A stretch of 40,569 nt of DNA from a virus. Position 1 is the stretch's first letter. Each line of letters opens with the position of its first letter. The stretch is from positions 1 through 40,569 of IMG/VR virus record IMGVR_UViG_3300045988_053499. One strand, 5' to 3'. The notes beneath the pieces were generated by a model. The model made no database searches, was not told the origin of the DNA, and saw only the letters and a list, made by a program, of their open reading frames with translations. The translations under genes were made by a program, and so were the position numbers. This document shows positions 40,546-40,569 of the stretch, one piece after another.

Positions 40546-40569
40546 GTTCGACTCCCATCGCCTCCACCA
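40546..40569 (+). repeat. attR core (displaced tRNA 3' end copy)
   Basis: Exact 24-bp copy of 1..24. Confidence 0.9.

Larger units (their letters stand above)
1..40569. mobile_element. Complete integrated temperate siphovirus-type prophage (attL to attR)
   Basis: Identical 24-bp direct repeats at both window ends. Tyrosine integrase lies next to the right repeat. Full lysogeny/early/packaging/head/tail/lysis gene order is present. Confidence 0.9.

Overview
The window is one complete temperate, siphovirus-type prophage of about 40.5 kb. It is bounded by identical 24-bp direct repeats (1..24 and 40546..40569) that match the 3' end of a tRNA gene (T-loop, acceptor strand, CCA). It therefore looks like a tyrosine-integrase phage inserted into a tRNA gene. 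Lysogeny genes lie on the + strand at the right end: a cI-like XRE repressor (36538), cargo genes, a second XRE regulator, a zinc-ribbon ORF and the integrase (39270..40406). Early and replication genes run leftward on the - strand from a divergent promoter/operator switch at about 36425..36513. They include a split Rha/KilAC antirepressor, HTH proteins, a Rad52-like annealase, SSB, a 5-residue-repeat protein, a replisome organizer/DnaD protein, a C5-methyltransferase-like protein, RusA and a late regulator. Next come a tRNA / tRNA-like RNA array (25421..25875), a Dam-like methyltransferase and a fused small+large terminase. These are followed by portal, head morphogenesis protein, an inserted 4-gene module, tRNA-Thr, scaffold, major capsid, neck, major tail, G/G-T chaperone, tape measure, Dit and Tal. 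The structural arm ends with a receptor-binding protein carrying a metallophosphoesterase domain, and the lysis genes. The left arm (228..5184) carries accessory operons of unknown function. There is no CRISPR array, rRNA or transposase. The most unusual points are: the tightly packed tRNA-like RNAs with aberrant anticodon arms; the 25 x 15-bp in-frame repeat gene; the TerS-TerL fusion; a head-module insertion with two proteins that share an N-terminal leader; four 24-bp palindromes after the lysis genes; and possible decay signs (frameshifted antirepressor, non-ATG codons at SD-positioned starts). All functional calls come from reading motifs and synteny by eye. No database search was run. 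The host is probably a moderately high-GC Firmicute/Clostridia, which is a weak inference from GC content and protein style only.
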